NCBI RefSeq assembly: GCF_000009045.1
Contig: NC_000964.3
Location: 210,001-242,000, forward strand
Source: Bacillus subtilis subsp. subtilis str. 168
Lineage (GTDB): Bacteria > Bacillota > Bacilli > Bacillales > Bacillaceae
Direction of reading: 5' to 3'
DNA length: 32,000 nt
Under the pieces are notes generated by a model, which had not been told where the DNA came from, searched no databases, and was given only the letters and a program-made list of their open reading frames with translations. Below, one piece after another: positions 16,566 through 28,186 of this stretch. Made by a program: the position numbers and the translations under genes. Within the stretch, counting starts at the first letter, position 1; each line of letters opens with the position of its first letter.

Positions 16566-17954
16566 GTGGCAAATAAAGAATTAAAGAGGGGCCTGGGCGC
16601 GCGCCATATTCAGATGATCGCCTTGGGCGGTACAATCGGTGTTGGCTTGTTTATGGGTTCTGCCAGCACGATTTCATGGACTGGCCCATCTGTCCTTCTG
16701 GCTTATGCAATATGCGGAATTTTTATCTTTTTTATTATGCGTGCGATGGGTGAAATGCTGTATGTCGAGCCGAGCACAGGTTCTTTTGCGACGTTCGGCC
16801 ATCAATATATTCATCCGATGGCAGGTTATATAACAGCATGGAGCAACTGGTTCCAGTGGATTATCGTCGGCATGTCAGAAATTATCGCTGTCGGTTCTTA
16901 TACGAAGTATTGGTTCCCGGATTTGCCTGCTTGGATACCTGGTATCGTGGCAATGGTGATTCTTGGTGCGGCGAATTTAATTTCTGTTAAGTCGTTTGGG
17001 GAATTTGAGTTTTGGTTTGCGATGATTAAAATCGTGACGATTATCTTGATGATTATTGCGGGAATCGGAATTATTTTCTTCGGTTTTGGCAATGGCGGAG
17101 ATGCGATCGGTTTGTCGAACCTGTGGTCTCACGGGGGCTTCTTTGCAGGAGGTTTCTCAGGTTTCTTCTTTGCACTGTCTCTTGTCATTGCAGCCTATCA
17201 AGGAGTTGAGCTGATCGGGATTACAGCGGGTGAAGCGAAGGACCCGCAAAACACGCTAAGAAATGCGATTCAAAGTATTATCTGGCGTATTTTGATTTTC
17301 TACATTGGCGCTATTTTTGTGATCGTGACGGTGTATCCTTGGGATGAGCTCAACTCACTCGGAAGTCCGTTTGTGTCTACGTTCTCGAAAATTGGAATTA
17401 CGGCAGCGGCCGGCATTATTAACTTTGTCGTGATTACTGCGGCAATGTCCGGCTGTAACAGCGGTATTTTCAGCGCGGGCCGCATGCTGTATACACTGGG
17501 TGTCAATGGACAAGCACCGAAATTCTTTAAGAAGATTTCACGCAATGGTGTGCCGCTGTATGGCACAATTGCGGTGCTGATCGGTTTGGCTGTCGGCGTT
17601 GTACTGAACTATATCGCGCCGCCGAAGATCTTTGTCTATGTATACAGCGCAAGCGTGCTCCCAGGGATGATTCCTTGGTTTATCATTTTGATCAGCCATA
17701 TCGGATTCAGAAAAGCGAAGGGTGCTGCATTAGATAAACATCCATTCAAAATGCCGTTTGCTCCTTTTACAAACTATTTGACGATTGCTTTCTTGCTGAT
17801 GGTTCTGGTTGGCATGTGGTTTAACGATGATACTCGTATCTCCCTGATTGTAGGCGTGATTTTCTTAGCGCTTGTGGTCATTAGTTATTATGTGTTTGGG
17901 ATTGGCAAACGCACGCAGGCCAATTTGACAAAAAGCGAACAAGCAGCTGAATAA
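16566..17954 (+). CDS. ybxG: APC-family amino acid permease (462 aa)
   Basis: [42 protein letters not shown]...; GTG start preceded by GGAGGAGGAAGAGG. Confidence 0.93.
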   Translation: MANKELKRGLGARHIQMIALGGTIGVGLFMGSASTISWTGPSVLLAYAICGIFIFFIMRAMGEMLYVEPSTGSFATFGHQYIHPMAGYITAWSNWFQWIIVGMSEIIAVGSYTKYWFPDLPAWIPGIVAMVILGAANLISVKSFGEFEFWFAMIKIVTIILMIIAGIGIIFFGFGNGGDAIGLSNLWSHGGFFAGGFSGFFFALSLVIAAYQGVELIGITAGEAKDPQNTLRNAIQSIIWRILIFYIGAIFVIVTVYPWDELNSLGSPFVSTFSKIGITAAAGIINFVVITAAMSGCNSGIFSAGRMLYTLGVNGQAPKFFKKISRNGVPLYGTIAVLIGLAVGVVLNYIAPPKIFVYVYSASVLPGMIPWFIILISHIGFRKAKGAALDKHPFKMPFAPFTNYLTIAFLLMVLVGMWFNDDTRISLIVGVIFLALVVISYYVFGIGKRTQANLTKSEQAAE

Positions 17955-17958
17955 CGAT

Positions 17959-17994
17959 AAAAAAGAGACATTCACGGATGTCTCTTTTTTTATT
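17959..17994 (+). terminator. ybxG terminator
   Basis: AAAAGAGACA TTCACGGA TGTCTCTTTTTTT. Confidence 0.8.
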
Positions 17995-18065
17995 TTTCGC
18001 GTATGGATTTTCCCTATTTTAGCAAGCTATAGGGTAAAGATAGCAGAAGGAAAGGTGTTCATAAA

Positions 18066-18314
18066 ATGGATGTTACACTCGGTTATTTGCGCGAATCACT
18101 TTCGAATCATCTAGAAAATGAAGTCTGCCAGCGTATTTGCAAGAAGATGCTGGCGAAGCGTTATGCAAATGAAGAGGAATTTGTAAAAGACTTAGATGAT
18201 AATGAAATGTCTTTTTTGAACCATGTATTAGAAAAAGAAATTAAGTATGCCCAGAATGAACAGGATCAAAAACGGGCCAAGGAATTAAACGAGGTGTATG
18301 AATTACTGCTTTGA
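18066..18314 (+). CDS. csgA: Sporulation-specific protein (82 aa)
   Basis: MDVTLGYLRESLSNHLENEVCQRICKKMLAKRYANEEEFVKDLDDNEMSFLNHVLEKEIKYA...; recognised sequence and gene order. Confidence 0.9.
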   Translation: MDVTLGYLRESLSNHLENEVCQRICKKMLAKRYANEEEFVKDLDDNEMSFLNHVLEKEIKYAQNEQDQKRAKELNEVYELLL

Positions 18315-18330
18315 GAAAGGCGGGTAAGAA

Positions 18331-18522
18331 ATGGGAGCAATTGAACGAAGCGGATATACATTTCAGCCGGAGTTTAGCGTTGTCCGTCAAAACGGAGCCA
18401 TCCATGTGTACCATCAAGGAGAATTTGTGGAAGAAATCGAATTTGAATTTAACGGGGAATATCCCGATCATGATTTGATTGAAGAGCTTGTGAATCATTA
18501 TTGTTTTGAGCATGAGATTTAG
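18331..18522 (+). CDS. ybxH: Small conserved protein (63 aa)
   Basis: ORF 16 nt after csgA. Confidence 0.8.
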   Translation: MGAIERSGYTFQPEFSVVRQNGAIHVYHQGEFVEEIEFEFNGEYPDHDLIEELVNHYCFEHEI

Positions 18523-18548
18523 AGCCCTGCCGTGCAGGGCTCTTTTAT
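18521..18548. terminator. Terminator between ybxH and ybxI
   Basis: AGAGCCCTGC CGT GCAGGGCTCTTTTATTT; overlaps the ybxH stop codon. Confidence 0.8.
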
Positions 18549-19352
18549 TTAGGATGTAATCAGGCCATACTTTTTCAGGATATCCACGGTGATGTTTTTG
18601 GCTTTTGTGCCGGAATCATCGACATTGGTGACAAAGACATAAGAGCCATGCTCTGTTTTGATGAATCCGACAAACCATCCTAATCCCATATCAGTCAGGC
18701 GGGTTCCGGTTTTCCCGTAGAGCGTGTAATGATCGCCTTCCTCTTGAATCATCATGCGCTTGACGATTTTCATCACCGGCTTGTCAAATGGAAGCTCCTC
18801 TTTAGCCAGTTTCTCCAAAAAAGTTTCTTGTTCCAGCGGAGATATTGTGAGCGAGCTTTGCAGCCAAAACTGGTCGATTCCCCCGCTGATATCCTCGTTG
18901 CCGTAAGATAGAGTATGAAGCCATGTTTTCATTCTTTCCTCGCCGATATCTCTCGCTAATGCCTGATAATACCAGATTGCGGATTCGCGCATGGCCGAGC
19001 CAAGCGTATGGTCGCGGTTCCATGATTCGAATTCACGCTTGACCCCGTCCCATCGTTTAACATCGTATTCATCTCTTACAGCTTTGACCTGCAAACCGAT
19101 TAAAGCGTTCACGACTTTAAAGGTGGATTGCGGAGTTTGTCTTTGATTTGCCCGTTTTCTGTTATAGACAAATGTCTGATCCTTTTGTAAATCGTGAAGA
19201 ATGAAGGTTCCATCCGTATCCTTGAATTCATCATCGACATTCATTTTGCTGACATTCAAGTGTTTTTCATGAGCAGATGATGCTGCGTGGACGGAGAAGC
19301 CGCCGATCCCTGCAATACTCAGCACAAGCACAACATATATCCATTTTTTCAT
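18549..19352 (-). CDS. ybxI: Class D (OXA-like) beta-lactamase-like penicillin-binding protein
   Basis: STFK (SxxK), SYGN (SxV/YGN) and KTGT motifs all present; signal peptide. Confidence 0.93.
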   Translation of the reverse strand: MKKWIYVVLVLSIAGIGGFSVHAASSAHEKHLNVSKMNVDDEFKDTDGTFILHDLQKDQTFVYNRKRANQRQTPQSTFKVVNALIGLQVKAVRDEYDVKRWDGVKREFESWNRDHTLGSAMRESAIWYYQALARDIGEERMKTWLHTLSYGNEDISGGIDQFWLQSSLTISPLEQETFLEKLAKEELPFDKPVMKIVKRMMIQEEGDHYTLYGKTGTRLTDMGLGWFVGFIKTEHGSYVFVTNVDDSGTKAKNITVDILKKYGLITS

Positions 19353-19503
19353 TTTGTTCTCCCCTTCGTTTTGATTAACTACCTTTTCTCTCTTTCGTTT
19401 GTTCTTCCTTTAAAAAATAATCAAAAAGCGCTTAAATTTGGTTTTGCAAACAAATACTGTTACTGGGTTTATAGTCGGAAGATAACGTGAAAATAGAGGG
19501 TAA

Positions 19504-20778
<1,275 letters not shown>

Positions 20779-20781
20779 ATT

Positions 20782-20816
20782 AAAAAGCTCTCTTCCTTTA
20801 TCGAAGAGAGCTTTTT
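20782..20816. terminator. Bidirectional terminator between cypC and ybyB
   Basis: AAAAAGCTCTCTT ... AAGAGAGCTTTTT. Confidence 0.85.
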
Positions 20817-20818
20817 GA

Positions 20819-21079
20819 TTACTTCTTTTTTTCATCGTAGTATTGGACGGGATACATGGAGCCTTCTGATACCATTTTGTTGTCCTCGATATCTTGCGGG
20901 TCCGGGTGGCCGGCTTTATCAACTGGGAACGTTTCCATGTCTGGCTGTTTTGTTATTTTCATCTTCATGCTGTGAATGAATTCTCTTGCCTTTTGGCGAT
21001 TTGACGGGTCTTTTAATAGATAAGAAGTGATGCCGACAGTTGAAACAGCGAGACCTGAAAGTAACAGCTTTTGTTTCAT
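20819..21079 (-). CDS. ybyB: Small protein with N-terminal hydrophobic segment (86 aa)
   Basis: MKQKLLLSGLAVSTVGITSYLLKDPSNRQKAREFIHSMK...; SD on minus strand. Confidence 0.85.
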   Translation of the reverse strand: MKQKLLLSGLAVSTVGITSYLLKDPSNRQKAREFIHSMKMKITKQPDMETFPVDKAGHPDPQDIEDNKMVSEGSMYPVQYYDEKKK

Positions 21080-21272
21080 GGTGATACTCCTTTCTATTTT
21101 AAGAATAGTGTTTCCTGTATCATTCCCGTTTTGGAAATTGCTAAACCTGTTGTGTTTTTATCATTGGAATTAACAGTAAATTCCATTTAAGAAGAAACTA
21201 GTGACTTCATTCCTGTATTGGAAGGTAATATACATTGACTTATTATAGATTTCAGTCAAAATTCGATAAATA

Positions 21273-21301
21273 TTGACAAAGTAAAGTAATCAGAATAATA
21301 A
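21273..21301 (+). promoter_or_regulatory. Candidate sigma-A promoter for ybeC
   Basis: TTGACA, 17 nt spacer, TAATAA. Confidence 0.4.
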
Positions 21302-21347
21302 TATAATTAGCAAGAGAATGTCATCATACATGAAAGGTGTTTACGAT

Positions 21348-22967
21348 ATGAATCAATTGCATCGAAGAATGGGAACGTTTTCCCTCATGATGGTCGGGCT
21401 CGGGTCGATGATCGGTTCAGGCTGGCTGTTCGGGGCTTGGCGTGCGGCTCAAATAGCAGGACCAGCTGCTATTATTTCATGGGTTATTGGAATGGTCGTC
21501 ATTTTATTTATTGCTCTTTCTTATAGTGAACTAGGTTCTATGTTCCCTGAAGCGGGGGGAATGGTCAAATACACGCAATATTCACACGGTTCGTTTATCG
21601 GTTTTATTGCGGGCTGGGCCAACTGGATTGCGATTGTGTCCGTCATTCCGGTTGAAGCGGTGGCCTCCGTTCAATATATGAGTTCTTGGCCTTGGGAATG
21701 GGCGAAATGGACAAGCGGTTTGGTGAAGAATGGAACGCTGACTGGGGAAGGACTAGCGTTTGCCTCTGTATTGCTTCTCATTTATTTTCTGCTGAACTAC
21801 TGGACAGTCAATCTATTTTCGAAAGCGAATTCATTAATTACGATTTTTAAAATTATTATTCCGGGTCTTACGATTGGAGCTTTGCTGTTTGTCGGATTCC
21901 ACGGAGAAAACTTTACTGGCGGTCAAAGCATTGCGCCGAATGGCTGGGCAAGTGTGCTGACGGCGGTTGCCACTTCCGGTATCGTTTTTGCGTTTAATGG
22001 TTTCCAAAGCCCGATTAATATGGCGGGTGAAGCAAAAAATCCGGGGAAATCAATCCCGATTGCGGTTGTTGGCTCTCTTTTTGTTGCGACAGTGATTTAT
22101 GTCCTGCTGCAGATCGCCTTCATTGGAGCTGTGAATCCTTCTGATATTGCTCACGGCTGGAGCCATCTGAATTTTAATTCTCCTTTTGCTGATCTGGCGA
22201 TTGCGCTGAATATTAACTGGCTTGTTATTGTGTTATATGCAGATGCATTTGTATCACCGTCTGGAACGGGGATTACGTATACGGCGACAACGTCCCGAAT
22301 GATTTACGGAATGGAAAAAAACAAATACATGCCGAGTATATTCGGGAAGCTTCATCCGATTTACGGCGTTCCGCGACAAGCAATGTTCTTTAACTTGATT
22401 GTTTCGTTCATCTTTTTGTTCCTGTTCAGAGGATGGGGCGTATTAGCGGAAATTATTTCTGTTGCTACGTTAATTTCTTATATCACCGGCCCGATCACAG
22501 TGATGACATTGAGACGGACGGGGAAAGACCTGTACAGGCCTCTTCGTTTAAAAGGCTTAAATGTGATTGCTCCGCTTGGATTTATCTTTGCGTCACTGGT
22601 GCTGTATTGGGCGCGCTGGCCGTTAACAGGACAGGTTCTGTTTATTATCCTGATCGGTCTTCCGATTTATTTCTATTATCAGGCGAAGGCGAAATGGAAA
22701 GGGTTTGGCCGGAACTTTAAAGCCGGCGTCTGGATGGTGTTTTATCTGCTGGCCATGATGGTTATTTCTTATTTGGGCAGTGATAAATTCGGCGGCCTGA
22801 ATGTCATTCATTATGGCTGGGATATGGTTCTGATTGCGATGGTATCCCTTGTATTCTATGTGTGGGCGCTGAAGAGCGGCTACCAGACAGAATACTTAAA
22901 GGATGCGAAAGAGATAAATTCTCAGCTGCTTAATGGACAGTCAGAAGCTGCTGCCGGAAAAGAATAA
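21348..22967 (+). CDS. ybeC: APC-family amino acid permease (539 aa)
   Basis: MNQLHRRMGTFSLMMVGLGSMIGSGWLFGAWRAAQIAGPA...; ATG at 21348 preferred over the upstream in-frame start. Confidence 0.92.
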   Translation: MNQLHRRMGTFSLMMVGLGSMIGSGWLFGAWRAAQIAGPAAIISWVIGMVVILFIALSYSELGSMFPEAGGMVKYTQYSHGSFIGFIAGWANWIAIVSVIPVEAVASVQYMSSWPWEWAKWTSGLVKNGTLTGEGLAFASVLLLIYFLLNYWTVNLFSKANSLITIFKIIIPGLTIGALLFVGFHGENFTGGQSIAPNGWASVLTAVATSGIVFAFNGFQSPINMAGEAKNPGKSIPIAVVGSLFVATVIYVLLQIAFIGAVNPSDIAHGWSHLNFNSPFADLAIALNINWLVIVLYADAFVSPSGTGITYTATTSRMIYGMEKNKYMPSIFGKLHPIYGVPRQAMFFNLIVSFIFLFLFRGWGVLAEIISVATLISYITGPITVMTLRRTGKDLYRPLRLKGLNVIAPLGFIFASLVLYWARWPLTGQVLFIILIGLPIYFYYQAKAKWKGFGRNFKAGVWMVFYLLAMMVISYLGSDKFGGLNVIHYGWDMVLIAMVSLVFYVWALKSGYQTEYLKDAKEINSQLLNGQSEAAAGKE

Positions 22968-22977
22968 AATATAGAAG

Positions 22978-23011
22978 AAAACCTTGCGATAGTTGTCGCA
23001 AGGTTTTTTGC
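22978..23011. terminator. Terminator between ybeC and glpQ
   Basis: AAACCTTGCGA ... TCGCAAGGTTTTTT. Confidence 0.85.
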
Positions 23012-23013
23012 TT

Positions 23014-23895
23014 TTAATAACCCTTTTTTACTTTGTGGAAAAGATCAGGATAGTTGGTGAACACTCCTGTTACGCCCCAATCAAGCAGGCGATGCATATC
23101 AGCTTCATTATTGACTGTGTAAGGATGAAGCAGGAGGCCGTGGCTGCGGATCATACGGACGTTTTCTTGATTTAAAGCTTTATAATCCGGGCCCGCACCG
23201 ACAGCGTATGTTTTGATTTCTTCCAGGGCAGCATCTGTCATTGACGCCATTTGTTTGGCTTCCAGCAATTGAACGGTCGGCAGGTTTGGCTGTAATTGAT
23301 GGACTTTTACCAGGCTTTCTTTGCTGAACGATTGAATGATCACCTGGCCTGGCTTAGAATGCTTTCCCAGTAATTTATGTTTCTGCAAAGAAGCGATCAG
23401 TTTTTCTTCCATACCTGGGTAGGTGTCAGGCGATTTTGTTTCAATGTAGTAGTTCGCGTGCTTTCCGAAACGGTCTAATACCTCTTCTAATGTAGGAACT
23501 TTAAGGCCGACGTACTGCGGCTTTGCTTTTTCCGGATAGGCTTCATTAAACCAAGAACCGGCGTCAAGCTTCTTAATGTCTGCGAGCGTATGGTCTTTCA
23601 CCCAACCCATTCCGTTTGTGGTGCGGTCCAGTTTTTCGTCATGCATGACAATCAATTTTCCGTCTTTTGTCATTTGCAGATCCAATTCAATAAAATCAGC
23701 TTTCATTTTCTGAGCGGTTTCGTAAGACAGAATCGTGTGCTCAGGCACATATCCAGAAGCCCCTCTGTGCGCGACGGTCAGGATACGGTCAGGTGACAGC
23801 AGGTTTCCTTTTGACGCTGCCGACACTGGCGTTACCATAAATGAGAGTAAGCCCAGCGACAGAACAAACAAGGCCAGTATTCTATTTTTTCTCAT
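23014..23895 (-). CDS. glpQ: Secreted glycerophosphodiester phosphodiesterase
   Basis: Signal peptide; GDPD motif HRGASGYVPEHTILSYE; FIELDLQMTKDGKLIVMHDEKLDRTTN. Confidence 0.97.
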   Translation of the reverse strand: MRKNRILALFVLSLGLLSFMVTPVSAASKGNLLSPDRILTVAHRGASGYVPEHTILSYETAQKMKADFIELDLQMTKDGKLIVMHDEKLDRTTNGMGWVKDHTLADIKKLDAGSWFNEAYPEKAKPQYVGLKVPTLEEVLDRFGKHANYYIETKSPDTYPGMEEKLIASLQKHKLLGKHSKPGQVIIQSFSKESLVKVHQLQPNLPTVQLLEAKQMASMTDAALEEIKTYAVGAGPDYKALNQENVRMIRSHGLLLHPYTVNNEADMHRLLDWGVTGVFTNYPDLFHKVKKGY

Positions 23896-23993
23896 GATTT
23901 CTCCTCCTTATAGATAAGCACTACCTGTCTTTCATAATAAAAAACGGATGTAAACGGCGTGTTGGAAAACTATTAATCTTTTATGTGTCTTTC

Positions 23994-25328
23994 TTAAACA
24001 TGCTCTGCCCGTTTTCCTGTATTCCACGTCAAAGCCAAGAAGACGATGGCAAGAATGCAGGATGAGATCAGCATGATAAAGCCGCCGTTCCAGTTAAAAC
24101 GGTCCACGACAAAGCCCATAATGGCGTTTGCGAAGGCGGATCCGCCGATGTATCCGAAAAATCCGGTCAAACCGGCTGCAGTTCCGGCTGCTTTTTTCGG
24201 TGCTAGGTCAATTGCTTGAAGGCCGATCAGCATAACAGGTCCGTAGATTAAGAAGCCAATGCTGATCAGGGCGATATTGTCCACGAGCGGATTGCCGGCC
24301 GGATTCAGCCAGTACACCAATACGGCAATGAAAACACCCGCCATAAACAAAACGCCTGCCGGTGCCCGGCGGCTTTTGAAGAATCGGTCACTGATCCAGC
24401 CGCACAAGATCGTTCCCGGTATGCCTGCGTATTCGTAAAGAAAATACGACCAGCGTGAGTCTTCAGGAGAAAAGCCTTTGGCTTCTGTTAAGTAAGTAGG
24501 CGCCCAGTCAACCACGCCGTATCGCACGAAATAAACAAATACATTGGCAAAAGCGATGTACCAAAGAAATTTGTTGTTCAGCACATATTGAAAAAGAATT
24601 TCTTTTGTTGTTAATTCTTTTTCCTGATTTTTAAAAGCGTGTTTTGGATAGTCATTCCGATACTCTTCAATTGGCGGGAGTCCGCAGGATTGAGGCGTAT
24701 CACGAACCAATAAAACAATTAAAAATGAAATGATAATGGCGATGATGGCAGGGAAGAAAAACACGCTTTTCCAAGTGACGAACATCGCGATCCCAAGAGT
24801 GACAAGCGGAGCAAGAATACCGCCGCCTATGTTATGGGCGACATTCCAGATCGACATTTTTGTGCCGCGTTCACTTATGGAGAACCAATGGGCCATCGTC
24901 CTGCCGCATGGCGGCCAGCCCATTCCTTGAAACCATCCGTTGATAAACATAAAAATAAACATGATGGTGACGCTCGAAGTCACCCAAGGCATTGAAACGA
25001 ATAGAATATTAACGATTGCTGATAAAAATAGGCCTGTCGCCAGAAAATATCTCGGATTACAGCGGTCAGACACCATTCCCATGATGAATTTGCTGAAGCC
25101 GTACGCAATGGACACAGCGGCCAGCACCAAACCCAGTTCTGTTTTCGAAAATCCCTGTTCCTGCAGATAAGGAATGGCAAAGGCAAAGTTTTTCCGCAGC
25201 AGGTAGTAGCCTGCGTAGCCAATGAAAATACCAATGAATACTTGCAGTCTGAGCCGTTTGTATGCCGCATCCATCTTTGAATCATCCAGTCTCTCAATAT
25301 GAGGAGCCGGTTTAAATATATTAAGCAT
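23994..25328 (-). CDS. glpT: Glycerol-3-phosphate transporter (MFS)
   Basis: 444 aa organophosphate:phosphate antiporter sequence ([20 protein letters not shown]...). Confidence 0.97.
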   Translation of the reverse strand: MLNIFKPAPHIERLDDSKMDAAYKRLRLQVFIGIFIGYAGYYLLRKNFAFAIPYLQEQGFSKTELGLVLAAVSIAYGFSKFIMGMVSDRCNPRYFLATGLFLSAIVNILFVSMPWVTSSVTIMFIFMFINGWFQGMGWPPCGRTMAHWFSISERGTKMSIWNVAHNIGGGILAPLVTLGIAMFVTWKSVFFFPAIIAIIISFLIVLLVRDTPQSCGLPPIEEYRNDYPKHAFKNQEKELTTKEILFQYVLNNKFLWYIAFANVFVYFVRYGVVDWAPTYLTEAKGFSPEDSRWSYFLYEYAGIPGTILCGWISDRFFKSRRAPAGVLFMAGVFIAVLVYWLNPAGNPLVDNIALISIGFLIYGPVMLIGLQAIDLAPKKAAGTAAGLTGFFGYIGGSAFANAIMGFVVDRFNWNGGFIMLISSCILAIVFLALTWNTGKRAEHV

Positions 25329-25394
25329 TAATAATTATCCCCCTTTGCTGTTTGTGCTGGATGTGTGGCGTGCCTCCTTTCCCGAAAAACAAAA

Positions 25395-25441
25395 AGAGCC
25401 AGAAAACACCCCTTGTCAAAAGGGGTTGGATTCCTGGCTCT
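25395..25441 (-). promoter_or_regulatory. GlpP-type leader terminator/antiterminator upstream of glpT
   Basis: Minus strand: GAGCCAGGAATCCAACCCCTTTTGACAAGGGGTGTTTTCTGGCTCTTTTTG, a strong two-part hairpin with T-run. Confidence 0.85.
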
Positions 25442-25472
25442 CCTCATCTCCATCCAAGCTATTAACTTATCA

Positions 25473-25486
25473 TGATAGCGCTTTCT
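25473..25486 (-). promoter_or_regulatory. Catabolite-responsive element (cre) for glpT
   Basis: Minus strand AGAAAGCGCTATCA matches the cre pattern TGAAAGCGYTWNCW closely. Confidence 0.65.
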
Positions 25487-25624
25487 TAAATTATCATAGT
25501 CCGGAGCGAATGTAAACGGGTAATTTTCAAATTGGGCCTTAGGGAAGTGAATATTATCCTTTTACTAAATGCAATTATATTTTTTTACTAGTAACATAAA
25601 AATCTGGAGGGAGGCTGTTTAAAG

Positions 25625-25873
25625 ATGGATGAATTAGATATCGCATTCTTTATTTTACCGTTAGGAATTATGCTGCTATCGATTGTCGGGACCTGTATTT
25701 GTAAAAACCCGTATCTGATGCCAATGCTTAGTTTGGTGATTTCTCTTGTGCTCACCTTTACCATTTTTAATCAATCATTTTTGGGATGGGCTGTTGTCTA
25801 TAGCTTGGTTTCTCTGGCTTTATCCTATATCACATTGATTGTGGTAAGGAAAAGGAAGGAATCAGGAAATTAA
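25625..25873 (+). CDS. ybeF: Small three-TM membrane protein (82 aa)
   Basis: MDELDIAFFILPLGIMLLSIVGTCICKNPYLMPMLSLVISLVL... Confidence 0.82.
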   Translation: MDELDIAFFILPLGIMLLSIVGTCICKNPYLMPMLSLVISLVLTFTIFNQSFLGWAVVYSLVSLALSYITLIVVRKRKESGN

Positions 25874-25881
25874 AAAGACCT

Positions 25882-25955
25882 CACTTTCTAACATATCGTT
25901 GACTAAAGCAACTATATGTGATTATAATTGCTTTAGTCAACGATATTAGAAAGTG
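25882..25955. repeat. Near-perfect long inverted repeat spanning the ybfA promoter
   Basis: Arms 25882-25911 (CACTTTCTAACATATCGTTGACTAAAGCAA) and 25928-25955 (TTGCTTTAGTCAACGATATTAGAAAGTG), differing only by a 2-nt insertion (CA). Confidence 0.9.
25899..25928 (+). promoter_or_regulatory. Sigma-A promoter inside the inverted repeat
   Basis: TTGACT (25899-25904), 18 nt spacer, TATAAT (25923-25928). Confidence 0.65.
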
Positions 25956-26882
25956 GGAATTGATTTGAAAACAAGAGAATCATCTGTCGGGTTAAAATTC
26001 AGAAAGTTCAATCGATTTTATACAAACGTCCTTGGTTTCCTTAATGAGCACATTTACGACAGCCCGTTTTCCTTAACAGAAACACGGATTTTATTTGAGA
26101 TTTATAATACGCCTAATTGTACGGCAAAAGCTCTTCAGGATAAGCTGGGGCTTGACCGGGGATATGTCAGCAGGATTGTGAAGCAGTTTGAAAAAGAAGA
26201 TTTGATTTATAAACAGAGGAGCAAAGATGACGCCCGCCACCATTACATTTTTGTCACAGAAACAGGAAAAACGATTTATAAAAAGCTGGAGGAGAAAGCC
26301 AACGAACAAGTAGAACTGATGCTGAAGGTAATCAACCAAAAGGAGCAGCACAAGCTTGCCGAGGCGATGGCAGAGATTGAAGCGATCCTTTCACAGTCGC
26401 TTTCTGCCAGAGCATCAGAGATATCGATTAGAGATTATTTTCTTTCGGAGGATCTTCAACTCCTTATTGAGAAACAAAGACAATTTTACGCGGAGGCTCA
26501 CGGTTGGGATGACACGTTTTTAGCTTATCTTCAGGAGACATTTGACGCTGACATCGAAAAAATATGGATTGCGGAAAGCGGCGGGAAATTTGCCGGCTCT
26601 GTCGGGTTGGTCAAGCACGATGAAAAGACAGTCCAGCTCAGATGGTTTCTGGTTGATGCGGATTTTCGGGGCAGGGGGCTTGGCACGCAATTGCTGGAGC
26701 ATCTGGTTGCATACTGCCAAGACATGAAGTTTGACCGCATTTTCCTTTGGACGGTGAGCACGATGGCTGAGGCTCGTCCGCTCTATAAAAAATTTGGATT
26801 CAGGATAAGTGAAGTAAAACAAGAAGCGCCATTATGGGGACAGCAGCTGACAGAAGAACGGTGGGATTTGGAGCTGTCATGA
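25953..26882 (+). CDS. ybfA: MarR-family regulator fused to a GNAT acetyltransferase
   Basis: N-terminal MarR wHTH ([60 protein letters not shown]); C-terminal GNAT ([24 protein letters not shown]). The actual start may be TTG at 25965 with SD AAGTGGG. Confidence 0.92.
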
Positions 26883-28129
26883 AAAGACTGCATTATGCGT
26901 GGATCATCGTCTCCGTCACCTTTTTGATCTTATTGGCGGTTCAGGGGGTGCGGCTGTCGTTTGGTGCGTTTGTGGAGCCGTGGGAACGGCAGTTTTCAAT
27001 CGATAGAAGCACCATCTCGCTGATTTCGACGGTGAGTTTTATTGTTTATGGCATATCACAGCCTGTGATCGGTCGGCTTGTGGACAAATGGGGTGCCCGG
27101 GCTGTTTTGGCATGGAGTGCGTTACTGACAGGAGTCAGCATTTTCTTAACATACCTTGTGACTTCGCCTTGGCAGCTGTTTTTGCTTTACGGGCTGGGTG
27201 TCTCGCTTGGAGTGGGCGGAGCATCGAATGTGGCGGCAAGTGTATTGGTCGTCAATTGGTTCAGCAAAAAGCGGGGACTAGCCTTTGGGATCATGGAAGC
27301 AGGCTTTGGCGCGGGGCAAATGCTTCTCGTTCCCGGCTCACTCATGTTGATCCATTGGTTTAGCTGGAAGCTGACGGTTGTGGTGTTGGGACTGCTGTTA
27401 ATCGTGATTGTCTTTCCGGCTGCGCTGCTGATGCTGCGGAACAATCCTTCAGAAAAGAATACAGAGCCGATAGGCGGACTGGCTGCATCAGAAAAAGAAA
27501 CAGCACCCAAAACAACAGCTCTTTCAGTGGCCGGGATGTTTCGTATGAGGCAATTCTGGTTCTTGATTTTTCCGTTTTTGATCTGTGGATTTACGACCGT
27601 GGGGCTGATGGATACCCATTTGATTCCGTTTTCTCATGATCATGGCTTTTCAACGACAGTCACGAGTGCTGCTGTCAGTCTGCTAGCAGGCTTTAATATT
27701 GCTGGGATCTTGCTGTCCGGAATTGTAGCGGACCGGTGGAGCAGCCGGAAAATCCTGTGCATTTTATATGCGGTGCGGGCGCTGTCGATCGTGATTCTTA
27801 TTTACAGCCACGAGCCCTACTTGCTTTTAGCCTTTGCGATTCTGTTTGGATTAGTGGACTTTGCAACGGTAGCACCGACTCAAATGCTCGCCACCCAGTA
27901 CTTTCAAAACTACTCGATCGGCCTCATGATTGGCTGGCTGTCACTCGCCCATCAGATCGGATCGGCACTAGGTGCGTATGTGCCCGGCGTCATCTACACG
28001 GTAACGGGTGAGTATACACTGGCTTTTTATTTGTCGATTGGAATGCTCGTGCTTGCGAGCGTAATGAATGTGATGCTGAGGGAGCCAGCTGCGGTTACGC
28101 GTGACAGTGCGGCTGTGGTAGACAAGTGA
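26879..28129 (+). CDS. ybfB: MFS transporter (416 aa)
   Basis: [40 protein letters not shown]...; ATGA overlap with ybfA. Confidence 0.9.
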
Positions 28130-28142
28130 TGAGGACAAAGGG

Positions 28143-28186
28143 AAAGCATCTCTGATTTCGAGATTATTCAGAGATGCTTTTTTTGT
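28143..28186. terminator. Terminator after ybfB
   Basis: AAAGCATCTCTGA ... TCAGAGATGCTTTTTTT; overlaps the ybfE 3' end. Confidence 0.8.
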
